The notes under the pieces are model-generated. The model made no database searches. It was not told where the DNA came from and was given only the letters and a program-made list of their open reading frames with translations. This document shows positions 38,424 through 48,881 of a stretch of DNA of 64,000 nucleotides, in pieces. Every line of letters starts with the position of its first letter. Positions within the stretch are counted from its first letter, which is position 1. Made by a program: the position numbers and the translations under genes. Origin of the DNA: a virus (Duplodnaviria; Heunggongvirae; Uroviricota; Caudoviricetes); IMG/VR virus record IMGVR_UViG_3300010429_001737. One strand, 5' to 3'.

Positions 38424-41400
38424 ATGAGAAATATATTTAAAAGTAATAAGATTTTCATATTCACGTTATTAATAATAACGATTTTTCTGATGACTGTTGT
38501 TTATGCTCTGAATAATTATGCTGTTTTTTATGTACCAAACAGTGCGAATGATACTTATATATCTAGCGTTTTATCAGAGAGGAATGATAATTTTGGGACA
38601 GAATCTTTGTTATGTATAAGTGGTCAGTCAGCGTCGATTCAAAACGCAATGATATATTTTAATTTTTCGGGTTTACCCGCTAATGCAACTATTACTAGTG
38701 CATCATTAAGTCTTTATGGCTCATCGGGTTCAACTGGTAGAAATGTTTTTATTTATTATGCATCTAATGACTGGGATGGTAGTGCAGCAACTTGGTTTTT
38801 AAGAAAACCCGGTGTTAATTGGACGACAGCCGGTGGAGACTATGACACACTAATATCTACAGGGACATATGTCAGTGGAAGAAAAAATTATGATGTTACA
38901 AACGCTATTAGAAATTTTGTTAATGGCACAAGAACTAATTATGGATTTTTTTTAACATCAGATTATAATCTTGGCGATTTGTGTTTTAATCAAATGGATT
39001 CTTTGGGTAGTAATTATGACCCGATTCTAAATGTAACCTGGGATTATCCATATCCTGCAACTGCTTTGATTACACCAGCTAATGGGTCAACTCAATCTTC
39101 TAGAACTGTAAACTTTGCTTGTAACATAACATTCAACGGGATAGATTCTAATGCAAATATAACTCAGGCTGATATTATGTATTTTAATGATTCAAGTATG
39201 GATGGTGACTCTCTAGTTGATTATATTAGTTTTAATACTACAAACGGGATTACTCCTCCTAATAAAACACTATATACTAATTGGACAACAACAGTGCCAT
39301 ATGATGGTACTTTTTATTGGTCTTGTTACTATGATATTGTATATGAAAATGGAAATGGATTTGGACTCTGGGCAGATAAAGATGCTCAATTCACTGTTGA
39401 CTCAGTGCCTCCTACAGTTACTTTTCAAACACCTACTCCTGTAAATGGTTCACGAAATATAACTAATTCAGCTACTATCAATGTAACAGTTTCTAGTGCA
39501 TCGTCGTTGGATACTTGCACTTTACAATGGAACGCAACTACAACGTTAACAAATTATACTATGACTAAAAGTGGAACGACATGTAATTACACAATTGCTA
39601 CTACTGATGGAACCACATATTATTTTAAAGTATTTGCTAATACATCAATTGGTAATTTGGGAAACACTAGTTTGAGAACCTTTAGAGAAAACGCAGAGCC
39701 AACAAATCCTAATATCGCGTTAACTCCATCCACAGCATATAAGAATACAACGTTAACATGTTCGGGCTCAGCAAGTTCAGATGCAGACGGTGACTCTGTA
39801 TCTTATTATTATCAATTTAATGATACAACTAGTATCATACAAGCTTATTCTACTACTAATACTTTTAATTGTAGTGCTTATGCAGCTTGTGCTAAGGGCG
39901 ACACAATATATTGTAATGTTAAAGCGTATGATTCATATGAATATAGTAACATTAATACAACAAGTGTTACTATATCAAACTCTCCTCCTGTTATTGTATC
40001 TTGGAATGTTTCTAATTCAACATGGAGTATATCCAGCGGGACAAACTTTTCTCTATATGAGAATGCAACTAACGGGACATATATTTTTAATGTAACTAGT
40101 GTTTCTGATGGTGATAGTGATACTGTTTTGTATGATTTTTACATCGACGGTTCGAGAAAATCTACTAGTTATACTCAGATATGGTATTCTTGGGTTCTTG
40201 GGTCTTATGCTGTTGGATATCATAATGTAACTGTATATGTTAACGACTCGTCAAATGCAATAACTAGTAAATATTGGAACGTGACTATTGTCGATAGTAT
40301 TAAACCATCTGTTACTGTCACGTCACCTATTATAAATAAATATTATAATTATAATACATCAATCAATCTTAACTACACAGCCACAGACACTCATAAACAA
40401 GCATGTTGGTTTAATATTGATAATGGAGCTAATACAACTATAACAAATTGTCTAAATACAACTTTTAATGTTTCTCAGGGTTCTCATACTGTAAAATTAT
40501 ATGTTAATGATACTTCTAACAACGTTAATATAACAAGTATCTCATTTACTGCTGATTCTATAAATCCTCAAGTAGCAATTGTTTATCCTACAAATATAAC
40601 ATATCAAACTGCCGTAACAGCAATAAATTACACAGTAAGTGATACTAATATACAAGCTTGTAAATATTCGACTAATGGTGGTATAACAAATACAACTATA
40701 ACATGTGGCACTAATATTACTGGCTTATCAGCATCACAAGGTTCAAACACATGGACAGTTTATGTTAATGACTCCGCTGGTAATAGTAATTCTTCTAGTA
40801 TTACTTTTTCTATGGACACACAAGCACCAACTATAACAATATCAATTCCACCATCCGATAATATTTGGTATAATTATAACACTAATGTTAACTTTACTGC
40901 TACGGATACTAATTTACAAGCATGTTGGTGGACAAATAACAGTGGAGTGAGTAATCATACTTTAGCAACGTGCGGAACTAATGTTACAGGACAGGTTTGG
41001 GATTCTGGAACTAATACTGTAAAAGTATATGCAAATGATTCCTTTGGTAATGTTAATTCAGCAACAAGAATTTTTAAGATAGATATGATAAAACCACAGA
41101 TAAATGTAACATATCCAGTGAACGGAAGCAACTTATTAACAGCATCTCTCACTCTGAATTACACAGTAAGTGATACTAATATACAAGCTTGTAAATATTC
41201 TTTAAATAGTGGTTTAACTAACACAACTATAACATGTGGAAATAATGTTAGTGGTTTAACTGCTGCTCAAGGTACTAACATCTGGACGGTTTATGTTAAT
41301 GATTCAGCTGGGAATGTGAATTCGTCGAGTACAACATTTTCTGTTGATAGTCAAGTTCCAACTGTATCTATTGTAATTCCGACAGCAAATGGGTTATGGT

Positions 41401-44400
41401 TTAATTATCAAACTAATGTTAATTATACAGCTTCTGATGTAAACCTTCAAGCATGTTGGTATACAAATGATAGTGGTTTAATAAATACTACTGTTACATG
41501 TGGAACTAATATAACAGGTAAAACTTGGCCACAAGGATTAAATACTGTAACTGTTTATGCAAACGACTCTTATGGTGGGATAGGTTCAGCAACAAGAACG
41601 TTTAACATTGATACTATTAACCCGTTATTATCAATTGTTTATCCGCTAAGTGGAGCAAACTTCTCTACTACTACAATTGGTGTTAACTATACAGTAAGTG
41701 ATACTAATCTGAACACTTGTAAATGGACTAAAAACGGAGGTTCAACTAATACAACATTAACGTGTGGAACTAATATTACTTCTACGTTTACTGAAGGATT
41801 AAATACTGTAATAATATATGTGAATGACAGTGCAAACAATCAAAATTCTACTAATGTAACTTTTAGAGTTGATACAATCGGACCTATTTTAAATGTAACT
41901 TCACCTGGCAATAATCTTAGATTTAGAGACCAATACGATTATAAAGTTTTATTAAATGTTAGTGCAGCAGACGCCGGAGTCGGTGTAATTGGAAGTTATT
42001 GGTATTCTTTAAATGGAGCAACGAATGTTACATTTACGTCACCTACATATGTAACAGCTCAACTGAACAATAATACTATAAAGATATATGTAAACGATTC
42101 TCTAGGAAACACAGTAAATTCTTCTTTAATATTATTTAATTTGACTTTTACACCAACAATCACGGATATCAATATTTCTAATGCAAGCAATAGTTATTCT
42201 AGAAACTCAACGCTAGCTAATTTGATAGGTTGGTGGAAATTTGATGAAAACCATTTAAATATTTCGTATGATAGTTCTAGTAACAGAATAAACGGGTCAT
42301 TAGTTGGCGGGAATATATTAGCTTCCTTTGAAAATGGAGTAGATGGTTTTGCATTAGATTGTGGTGGTAGTCCAACATATACAAATGTTACAGGGTTAAT
42401 AGGCGACAGAGGTGTTTTATTATATTCAACGGGTGGAGATGGATTAGCATGTATGAACTCACCATATATAACTGATAAACCTGTTGCTCCGAATTATACT
42501 ATATTTTATTATGGAAAAGGCTGGGCTCGTGTCGGAATTTGGAACGGAAGTAAATATGTTTCTTATGTTGAAGATGTTGAAACTGGTTGTAGAACAAATT
42601 GCGGAGCCAACGACATTCCTACTACATGTAATGGTGGAGCGGCTTATACAGATTGGAAATTATTTAAAGTTGTAGCTTGTGAAAATGCATCTACATCACC
42701 TCAGCTTTGGGCATATGCTCGGCATGCTTCAAGAGGTATTGAAAATGGGTCATATTTTGATTTTATAACAGAAGGGCCAATTTGGTATAGCAAAGGTAAA
42801 ATCGGGAATGCAATTGTATTTGACGGGCATCAAAATTATGTAAGTATGCCGATGAGTGTAACAAGTCCTTATAGTTTTGCTACTAATAATTTTTCGATAT
42901 CTTTATGGTTTAAAACTAATCAGTCAACTGGCACTTTATTTATGGTTGGAAATAATAGTCAAGATTATTATTCTATGTATATGAACGGGGGTAGATTATA
43001 TTTTAACTATTCTACAGGGGATGTTCAAAGTATGAATTCTTCTACATTATATAATGATAACAGATGGCATCATGCCGTAGGAATTAGAAATGGTGTTAGA
43101 ACTGGTTTACTTTATGTCGATAATGTATTAGTTGCTGAAGATTCAGATAATGGTGGAAGCTTAACAGGGATAGATATTTTATCTAACACATTTTACATTG
43201 GACGAGATTATTCGGGAACCAGTTATTACAACGGGATGGTTGATGAGTTTAGAATATATAATACTAATCTAAGTGTCACAGACGTTAGTAATATATATTT
43301 AGCAACAAATCCAACATTCGAAGAATATTCAACTCTTGATGTTTCTGTAACTACGGCTGATACTGATACTAGTTTAGGTTCATTGTTTTATTCTTGGTAT
43401 GTAGAAGGAGTTAGTGTTTTAACAGGCACTGCTGAGACCCTTTTAACTTGGATATTTGATAAAAGAAGTTCAGTGGTTGAAGTTTATATAAATGACACCA
43501 ATGGGTATCAAACATATCAATCGTGGAACGTTAGTACTACTTTTATAAACCCAACGATTAATTTTACTTCGCCAACACCTGACAATAACACAATAACACG
43601 AACAACTAGTTTTATCGTTAATTTTACAGGAACTGAAGCTAATCGGAACTCTGGTTGGATTACAATGAATAATGTAAATTACACTGCAACTTGTACAGGA
43701 ACTTCTCCGTATGTTTGCAATAGAACGTTTACTGGATTAACTGAAGGAATGTATAATTATACAGCTTACGTAAACGATAGTGTCGGTAATCAAAATAATA
43801 CAGAAACTCGAAGATATGTCGTTGATTTAAGCGGTCCGAATTTTGTATTTAATTGGCAATCACCCGCTGATATAACAACTAATAACACCTTCGGTAGATA
43901 CATTAACATATCATACAATATAACAGACGCATGGTCTAATATTAATGCATCTACTGTTATTTTTTATTATAAAGGCAATTCCAGTTCAAGTAATGTTCAG
44001 TATTATCAAAACGGCTCAGCTCATAGTGGCTGGTTTTCTCCTGCGGAGTTTACTTCAAACGTAAGTAACACATGGCGATTTGATTTAAGTGACAATTATA
44101 TTTTGCCTGCTACTTATAATTTCGGTGAAGTGACTATGGAGAACACAGTTCATAGTGTTAATACTCTTTCTGGAAGTAATAATTACGTATGGATTGAATT
44201 ATTAAATGTTTCGAACACAAAGAATTATTCATTCTTCGAAGTAATGGCAAATTCTACGGCAGTAGCTGGAAACCTTAGAGTTTATTATTGTAATTCATCT
44301 TATTCAACGGGCAATCCTGTATTAAGTAGTAACTGTATTCAATTTAATACTTTGTCTGCAACACAAACATTTAATCATGTTCATACAACAAATTCAGCTC

Positions 44401-47400
44401 ATCAGATTATCTCGATGCCTATTAATATTGCATCTGGAAGTATTGGTTCGGTTAGAGTAACTTCGACGTCATATTTTTTATTACGAGGAACATTCGGAAC
44501 ATGGTATGTATATAACATTGCGAATACTTCAAGAACAAATGCTATAAAAACAACTGCAAATAATGGAAATGCATGGACTTCACAAACATATACTGTTGAT
44601 TCTCACCTGCATCAGTTTGACGGGAGTGATGCATTTAGATATTATGTATGTGCAAATGATACATCGGGAAATACCAATTGTTCAAGCGAAAGAAGTGATA
44701 TTTTCGATTACGCTAATTTACCGCCCTCAGCCCCTGTCATAATTAATCCACAACAAGGAAACTACAGTGGAAATATCACTATTAATTACACAGCCGCTGT
44801 TTCGCCTAATGCTTATGCTATTAGTTTTTATAATATTACATTATATAATGCTACAGATGAAACACTAGTTACAACTATCAGAACTAATAATTCAAATAAT
44901 CTAAGTTATATTTGGAATAGTGCTGGTGTTGGTGATTGGAATTATACTATTCATGTAAAGGCATGTGATATCAACGGATATTGTTCAATTGGAATGAGTG
45001 AAGAATTAGTTATAGAAAATACCGCGCCGAATGGCACGTTATTAACTCCATTAAATGATTCCATTACTTCTAATGTCTCAGTTAATTTTACAGCAAACGT
45101 TAGTGACAGTTTAACCGGAGTTAAAAATGCAACATTGAATGTTTATAAAAGTGGAACTCTATTTAATCAAAGTACCATAACATTATCAAGTGAACTTCAA
45201 GCAACAATTGGAATAATTGTTACATTAGTCGACGGCGTATATGATTGGTTTTATACTATATTTGATATGGCTGGAAATTCTTTTACAACTACAAACAATA
45301 CATTAACAATTGATACAATTTCTCCAGTAATAACAATTCATGCTCCAATTTCTAAAAACTATAATGTTAATGTTAGTTTGCCATTGAATTATAGTGTATC
45401 TGATTTGCATACACAAGCGTGTTGGTGGAATCTTGATGGTGATAGTAACAATACTATAACATGTGGAACTAATACGACATTTAATACGTCTTCTGGTGAA
45501 GAACATATATTATATTTTTACGCAAACGATTCAGCCGGAAATGTTGGTGTTAGTAATGTATCATTTACTACAAATCTTGGTCCACCATCCATTTCACTTG
45601 ATTATCCAACTGATGCTCAATGGGTCAATTCGGGCCTTAATTTGTTATTAAAGTACACGGCAGTAGATGAAGATGGCATTAGTGAATGTCAGTTGTGGTT
45701 GAAAAATGGAGTATGGCATTTGAATAATACCCAATATTCTCCGACTTCGGGACAACAGTACAATTTCACTCTTAATTTAACAGATAGTAGTTATGAATGG
45801 AACGTATGGTGTAATGATAGTGGAAACAATGGAGGATGGGGAAATCCATTATCAAATAACTCATTTATTATTGACTCAGCATATCCACAAATTTCGTTTG
45901 GAGATAATGTGTTAGCTAGTGAGTCAAATGTCTCAGCAGATTCAATATTTGTTAATGTTAGTGTAGTAGAAATAAATGAAGCTAATATTACATTTTATTT
46001 ATATAATGAAAGTTATTATCCAATAAATGTAACTACATCAACATCTAATTTAAGATATATTAATTACACTAGTTTGGATGATGGGTTATATAGATATAAC
46101 GTTACAATTACTGATTTAGCAAATAATAGAAATTCAACAGAGACTCGTGTTATACGATTAGATAATGAAGCTCCTACTTTCATTATTGATTCACCCGGAG
46201 CATTTACTGCATATCCATACAACAACAGCATTGGTTTAAATGTATCTGTAACAGATAATTACATAGGGACTGATACTTGTTTTTATAATATTTACGACGA
46301 GTTTGGATTATTAACAATTGACAATTCAACAATTCCTTGTATTAGTAATACTACATTTAGTTTACCAGACGGAGATGTTGACTATTTTATTACATTATAT
46401 GCAAATGATACAATAGGTAATTCGTTTGACACATCGTTTATGTTTAGAATAAGAACTGTTAAACCAGCTGTTAACTTGCAAAACCCATCGCTTAATCAAT
46501 ATATTAATAGAACAACAAATATTCAATTCAACTTCACCGTTAGTAATAGAGATATTGCATTTGATACCTGTCAACTCTGGGGAAATTGGACAGACATTTG
46601 GCATTTAAACCAAAGCGTAAATAGTATAACAAAGGATGTCGTTAAGAATTTTCCATCGTTACTTAATTTAAGTGAAGCTTCTTACAGTTATAATGTATGG
46701 TGTAATGATACTCTTAATAATAGTGATTTCGGAGCTAGCAACTATACATTTACACTAGATGTAACTTATCCAAGTGTTAATATTACAACAGTGAGCGGGA
46801 CAACATTTTCGTCTACTACATTTTCTCTTGGTTACAATATTAGTGATTTACATATGGGAACATGTGGTTATAAAATTGACGATGGTAGTTGGGTAGATAC
46901 TTTAACATGTAACGAATCATCAAAATCATTAACGTTAACAGCGGGAACATATAATATCTCTGTTAGAGGAATAGATTTAGCCGGAAATACAAACTCTAGC
47001 ACAATAACAATTACAACAACAGCTCCATCTGGACAACAAGGCGGTGGTGGAGGTGGAACTACTACACCGAAAGGAAACCGAAGTTGGGAAATGACTACCG
47101 AAACAGGAACACAGAAATATGAGTTAACAATGGTTAAGGGTGGTATCAGAAATCGAGAAATACATTTTACAAATAGTGAAGCAAACGAAACATTCGTTAA
47201 AGTTTCTTGTGAAGGAGATTTGTGTAAGTATATAACGTTAAGTGATACGGATATCACATTACCCGTTGGAATGGATATCGTGACAGTAATCGATATGACT
47301 ATAAAATTACCAGTCGACTTGGATGACGGTACATATGTTAATAATATTCGTGGGATTGACCAAGATAATCAAAACAAGATAGTTACTGTAGAAATAACAA

Positions 47401-47621
47401 TAGGCAAATCGGGATTACCTATCGAGGTATTTTCTAAATTAGGGGCAACAAAGAATATTGCCGGATTGAAAGTTCCATATATCCTATTTTCTATATTATC
47501 AGCAGCTTTAGTGTTTATAGCTTGTAACTTTTTCTTATTCAGAAAATTGAGAATTGGATTAGCTCTTGCGATAGTATTTGCAATAATCGCTTTCTTTGGT
47601 ATTTTATTAGTGATTCCATAA
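38424..47621 (+). CDS. giant surface protein (about 3065 aa): paralog of the 13657 gene with more than 10 Ig-like repeats, LamG domain, poly-Gly linker and C-terminal TM helices
   Basis: Start set at MRNIFKSNKIFIFTLLIITIFLMTVVYA, directly after the shared leader TTTTGTTATAAAGAAT. Tandem units of the form ...NYTVSDTN.QACK....TCGTNITG...VYVNDSAGN..... LIGWWKFDE ... DEFRIYNTNLSVTDVSNIY (LamG). QQGGGGGGTTTP and a C-terminal hydrophobic tail. Confidence 0.8.
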   Translation: MRNIFKSNKIFIFTLLIITIFLMTVVYALNNYAVFYVPNSANDTYISSVLSERNDNFGTESLLCISGQSASIQNAMIYFNFSGLPANATITSASLSLYGSSGSTGRNVFIYYASNDWDGSAATWFLRKPGVNWTTAGGDYDTLISTGTYVSGRKNYDVTNAIRNFVNGTRTNYGFFLTSDYNLGDLCFNQMDSLGSNYDPILNVTWDYPYPATALITPANGSTQSSRTVNFACNITFNGIDSNANITQADIMYFNDSSMDGDSLVDYISFNTTNGITPPNKTLYTNWTTTVPYDGTFYWSCYYDIVYENGNGFGLWADKDAQFTVDSVPPTVTFQTPTPVNGSRNITNSATINVTVSSASSLDTCTLQWNATTTLTNYTMTKSGTTCNYTIATTDGTTYYFKVFANTSIGNLGNTSLRTFRENAEPTNPNIALTPSTAYKNTTLTCSGSASSDADGDSVSYYYQFNDTTSIIQAYSTTNTFNCSAYAACAKGDTIYCNVKAYDSYEYSNINTTSVTISNSPPVIVSWNVSNSTWSISSGTNFSLYENATNGTYIFNVTSVSDGDSDTVLYDFYIDGSRKSTSYTQIWYSWVLGSYAVGYHNVTVYVNDSSNAITSKYWNVTIVDSIKPSVTVTSPIINKYYNYNTSINLNYTATDTHKQACWFNIDNGANTTITNCLNTTFNVSQGSHTVKLYVNDTSNNVNITSISFTADSINPQVAIVYPTNITYQTAVTAINYTVSDTNIQACKYSTNGGITNTTITCGTNITGLSASQGSNTWTVYVNDSAGNSNSSSITFSMDTQAPTITISIPPSDNIWYNYNTNVNFTATDTNLQACWWTNNSGVSNHTLATCGTNVTGQVWDSGTNTVKVYANDSFGNVNSATRIFKIDMIKPQINVTYPVNGSNLLTASLTLNYTVSDTNIQACKYSLNSGLTNTTITCGNNVSGLTAAQGTNIWTVYVNDSAGNVNSSSTTFSVDSQVPTVSIVIPTANGLWFNYQTNVNYTASDVNLQACWYTNDSGLINTTVTCGTNITGKTWPQGLNTVTVYANDSYGGIGSATRTFNIDTINPLLSIVYPLSGANFSTTTIGVNYTVSDTNLNTCKWTKNGGSTNTTLTCGTNITSTFTEGLNTVIIYVNDSANNQNSTNVTFRVDTIGPILNVTSPGNNLRFRDQYDYKVLLNVSAADAGVGVIGSYWYSLNGATNVTFTSPTYVTAQLNNNTIKIYVNDSLGNTVNSSLILFNLTFTPTITDINISNASNSYSRNSTLANLIGWWKFDENHLNISYDSSSNRINGSLVGGNILASFENGVDGFALDCGGSPTYTNVTGLIGDRGVLLYSTGGDGLACMNSPYITDKPVAPNYTIFYYGKGWARVGIWNGSKYVSYVEDVETGCRTNCGANDIPTTCNGGAAYTDWKLFKVVACENASTSPQLWAYARHASRGIENGSYFDFITEGPIWYSKGKIGNAIVFDGHQNYVSMPMSVTSPYSFATNNFSISLWFKTNQSTGTLFMVGNNSQDYYSMYMNGGRLYFNYSTGDVQSMNSSTLYNDNRWHHAVGIRNGVRTGLLYVDNVLVAEDSDNGGSLTGIDILSNTFYIGRDYSGTSYYNGMVDEFRIYNTNLSVTDVSNIYLATNPTFEEYSTLDVSVTTADTDTSLGSLFYSWYVEGVSVLTGTAETLLTWIFDKRSSVVEVYINDTNGYQTYQSWNVSTTFINPTINFTSPTPDNNTITRTTSFIVNFTGTEANRNSGWITMNNVNYTATCTGTSPYVCNRTFTGLTEGMYNYTAYVNDSVGNQNNTETRRYVVDLSGPNFVFNWQSPADITTNNTFGRYINISYNITDAWSNINASTVIFYYKGNSSSSNVQYYQNGSAHSGWFSPAEFTSNVSNTWRFDLSDNYILPATYNFGEVTMENTVHSVNTLSGSNNYVWIELLNVSNTKNYSFFEVMANSTAVAGNLRVYYCNSSYSTGNPVLSSNCIQFNTLSATQTFNHVHTTNSAHQIISMPINIASGSIGSVRVTSTSYFLLRGTFGTWYVYNIANTSRTNAIKTTANNGNAWTSQTYTVDSHLHQFDGSDAFRYYVCANDTSGNTNCSSERSDIFDYANLPPSAPVIINPQQGNYSGNITINYTAAVSPNAYAISFYNITLYNATDETLVTTIRTNNSNNLSYIWNSAGVGDWNYTIHVKACDINGYCSIGMSEELVIENTAPNGTLLTPLNDSITSNVSVNFTANVSDSLTGVKNATLNVYKSGTLFNQSTITLSSELQATIGIIVTLVDGVYDWFYTIFDMAGNSFTTTNNTLTIDTISPVITIHAPISKNYNVNVSLPLNYSVSDLHTQACWWNLDGDSNNTITCGTNTTFNTSSGEEHILYFYANDSAGNVGVSNVSFTTNLGPPSISLDYPTDAQWVNSGLNLLLKYTAVDEDGISECQLWLKNGVWHLNNTQYSPTSGQQYNFTLNLTDSSYEWNVWCNDSGNNGGWGNPLSNNSFIIDSAYPQISFGDNVLASESNVSADSIFVNVSVVEINEANITFYLYNESYYPINVTTSTSNLRYINYTSLDDGLYRYNVTITDLANNRNSTETRVIRLDNEAPTFIIDSPGAFTAYPYNNSIGLNVSVTDNYIGTDTCFYNIYDEFGLLTIDNSTIPCISNTTFSLPDGDVDYFITLYANDTIGNSFDTSFMFRIRTVKPAVNLQNPSLNQYINRTTNIQFNFTVSNRDIAFDTCQLWGNWTDIWHLNQSVNSITKDVVKNFPSLLNLSEASYSYNVWCNDTLNNSDFGASNYTFTLDVTYPSVNITTVSGTTFSSTTFSLGYNISDLHMGTCGYKIDDGSWVDTLTCNESSKSLTLTAGTYNISVRGIDLAGNTNSSTITITTTAPSGQQGGGGGGTTTPKGNRSWEMTTETGTQKYELTMVKGGIRNREIHFTNSEANETFVKVSCEGDLCKYITLSDTDITLPVGMDIVTVIDMTIKLPVDLDDGTYVNNIRGIDQDNQNKIVTVEITIGKSGLPIEVFSKLGATKNIAGLKVPYILFSILSAALVFIACNFFLFRKLRIGLALAIVFAIIAFFGILLVIP
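40300..41910 (+). repeat. in-frame tandem array of Ig-like domain repeats (about 264 bp units in an alternating A/B pattern, giving a super-period of about 530 bp) inside the 38424 gene
   Basis: DNA-level recurrence: ACAGTAAGTGATACTAATATACAAGCTTGTAAATATTC appears at about 40630 and again at about 41160, with a diverged copy at about 41690. Protein-level recurrence: NYTVSDTN.QAC...TCGTN.TG...VYVNDSAGN. Confidence 0.6.
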
Positions 47622-47644
47622 ATTAATAATAATATTTATAAAGA
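47621..47644 (+). promoter_or_regulatory. class A promoter-like motif (AATTAATAATAATATTTATAAAGA)
   Basis: Copy upstream of the 47664 gene. Confidence 0.55.
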
Positions 47645-47663
47645 CTTAATGCGTTGTTTATCT

Positions 47664-48881
47664 ATGAAAAAAGCTATTATAATAAGCGTAATACTCGGTA
47701 TAATAGTATTATTGATAATCGGTGTTATGATGTATAGTTCGACTTCTAATATTGTTCAACAAAGTAGTTTTTCATCTGGAGTAAGTCTTGGAAATATTAA
47801 TGCTAAGTTTACTATTCCAACATCATATTCAGTTACTCAAACTGTTTTAACTGGAACAGGTGAATGTCGAAATATGCCAGGTGGAGGTCAGGTTTGTTGT
47901 GATAACGATGGATGGGTGTTGTGCGACGACGGTAGTGGTGGATATGATTGTCATTATGGTAGTTGTAGTAACACAGATAATTTTCGATGTGATGTTCCTG
48001 GTCATGTTAGATGTGGAAACACTAATACGTGTGGGCCGAGTCATGAATTCTGTGAAAATTGGTTAAACGGGGATAAATCTTGTAATTCAGATAGGAGTAG
48101 ATGTTGTAATAATGGCGGCTGGATAATTGATTATAGTGCGATGTTGTGTTGTCCACCTGCGGTACCTTTTTATGCTGGAGCAAATTCATGTGTAGAATAT
48201 CCTACTCAAAATAGTGATAATTTCTATACTCGTAACTCAGAATGTAAAGCTTATGCTGTAGAAGACCCAAATACTCATAATCGACAAAGTATTTACACTG
48301 AAGAAGTTTGTAGTGGAACAACTTATAAAAAATGTGCAATAGGCAGTGTTTCTTCAAATCCACAATTTTATAATAAATGGTATATTAATGCTGTTACAGT
48401 TGGAAAATGTGGGATAGATTGTTTAAAAAATTCTGATTGCCCAGACACAGGACCAGACAGTATTATTAGTATAAATGGAGAAAAGCATTGTAATGGCGTT
48501 GTTTTGATGCAAAAATCAGAAAGAGGAATATGTAATAATAACAAATGTTCTACTCAGATATTCGATGAGATTTTAGAAACATGTGACTATCAATGTGGAG
48601 AACTTTGTACTCCAGATGACGAAGTCTGTTTGGACAGTGGCGTTGGTTGTATTTCATTTTCATGTGTTCAAAATTCAACTATGTGTTCATCAAACAATCA
48701 AAGTGTTTTAATGTGTGATAATAATTCTTATGTCACTAAAGAATTATGTAATAATGGTTGTGAGGCTGGTAAATGTAAACCTGATAAACGAATTTACTTG
48801 TATGCTGGAATATTCTTTTTCATAGTTGCAGCATTAATCTTTGGAGTCATAGGTTATAAGTTTTTGTTTAAGAGAAAATGA
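47664..48881 (+). CDS. Cys-rich membrane-anchored protein
   Basis: Start chosen at MKKAIIISV, 20 nt after the class A promoter (the track ORF begins 15 nt earlier). More than 45 Cys. C-terminal TM helix. Confidence 0.55.
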   Translation: MKKAIIISVILGIIVLLIIGVMMYSSTSNIVQQSSFSSGVSLGNINAKFTIPTSYSVTQTVLTGTGECRNMPGGGQVCCDNDGWVLCDDGSGGYDCHYGSCSNTDNFRCDVPGHVRCGNTNTCGPSHEFCENWLNGDKSCNSDRSRCCNNGGWIIDYSAMLCCPPAVPFYAGANSCVEYPTQNSDNFYTRNSECKAYAVEDPNTHNRQSIYTEEVCSGTTYKKCAIGSVSSNPQFYNKWYINAVTVGKCGIDCLKNSDCPDTGPDSIISINGEKHCNGVVLMQKSERGICNNNKCSTQIFDEILETCDYQCGELCTPDDEVCLDSGVGCISFSCVQNSTMCSSNNQSVLMCDNNSYVTKELCNNGCEAGKCKPDKRIYLYAGIFFFIVAALIFGVIGYKFLFKRK

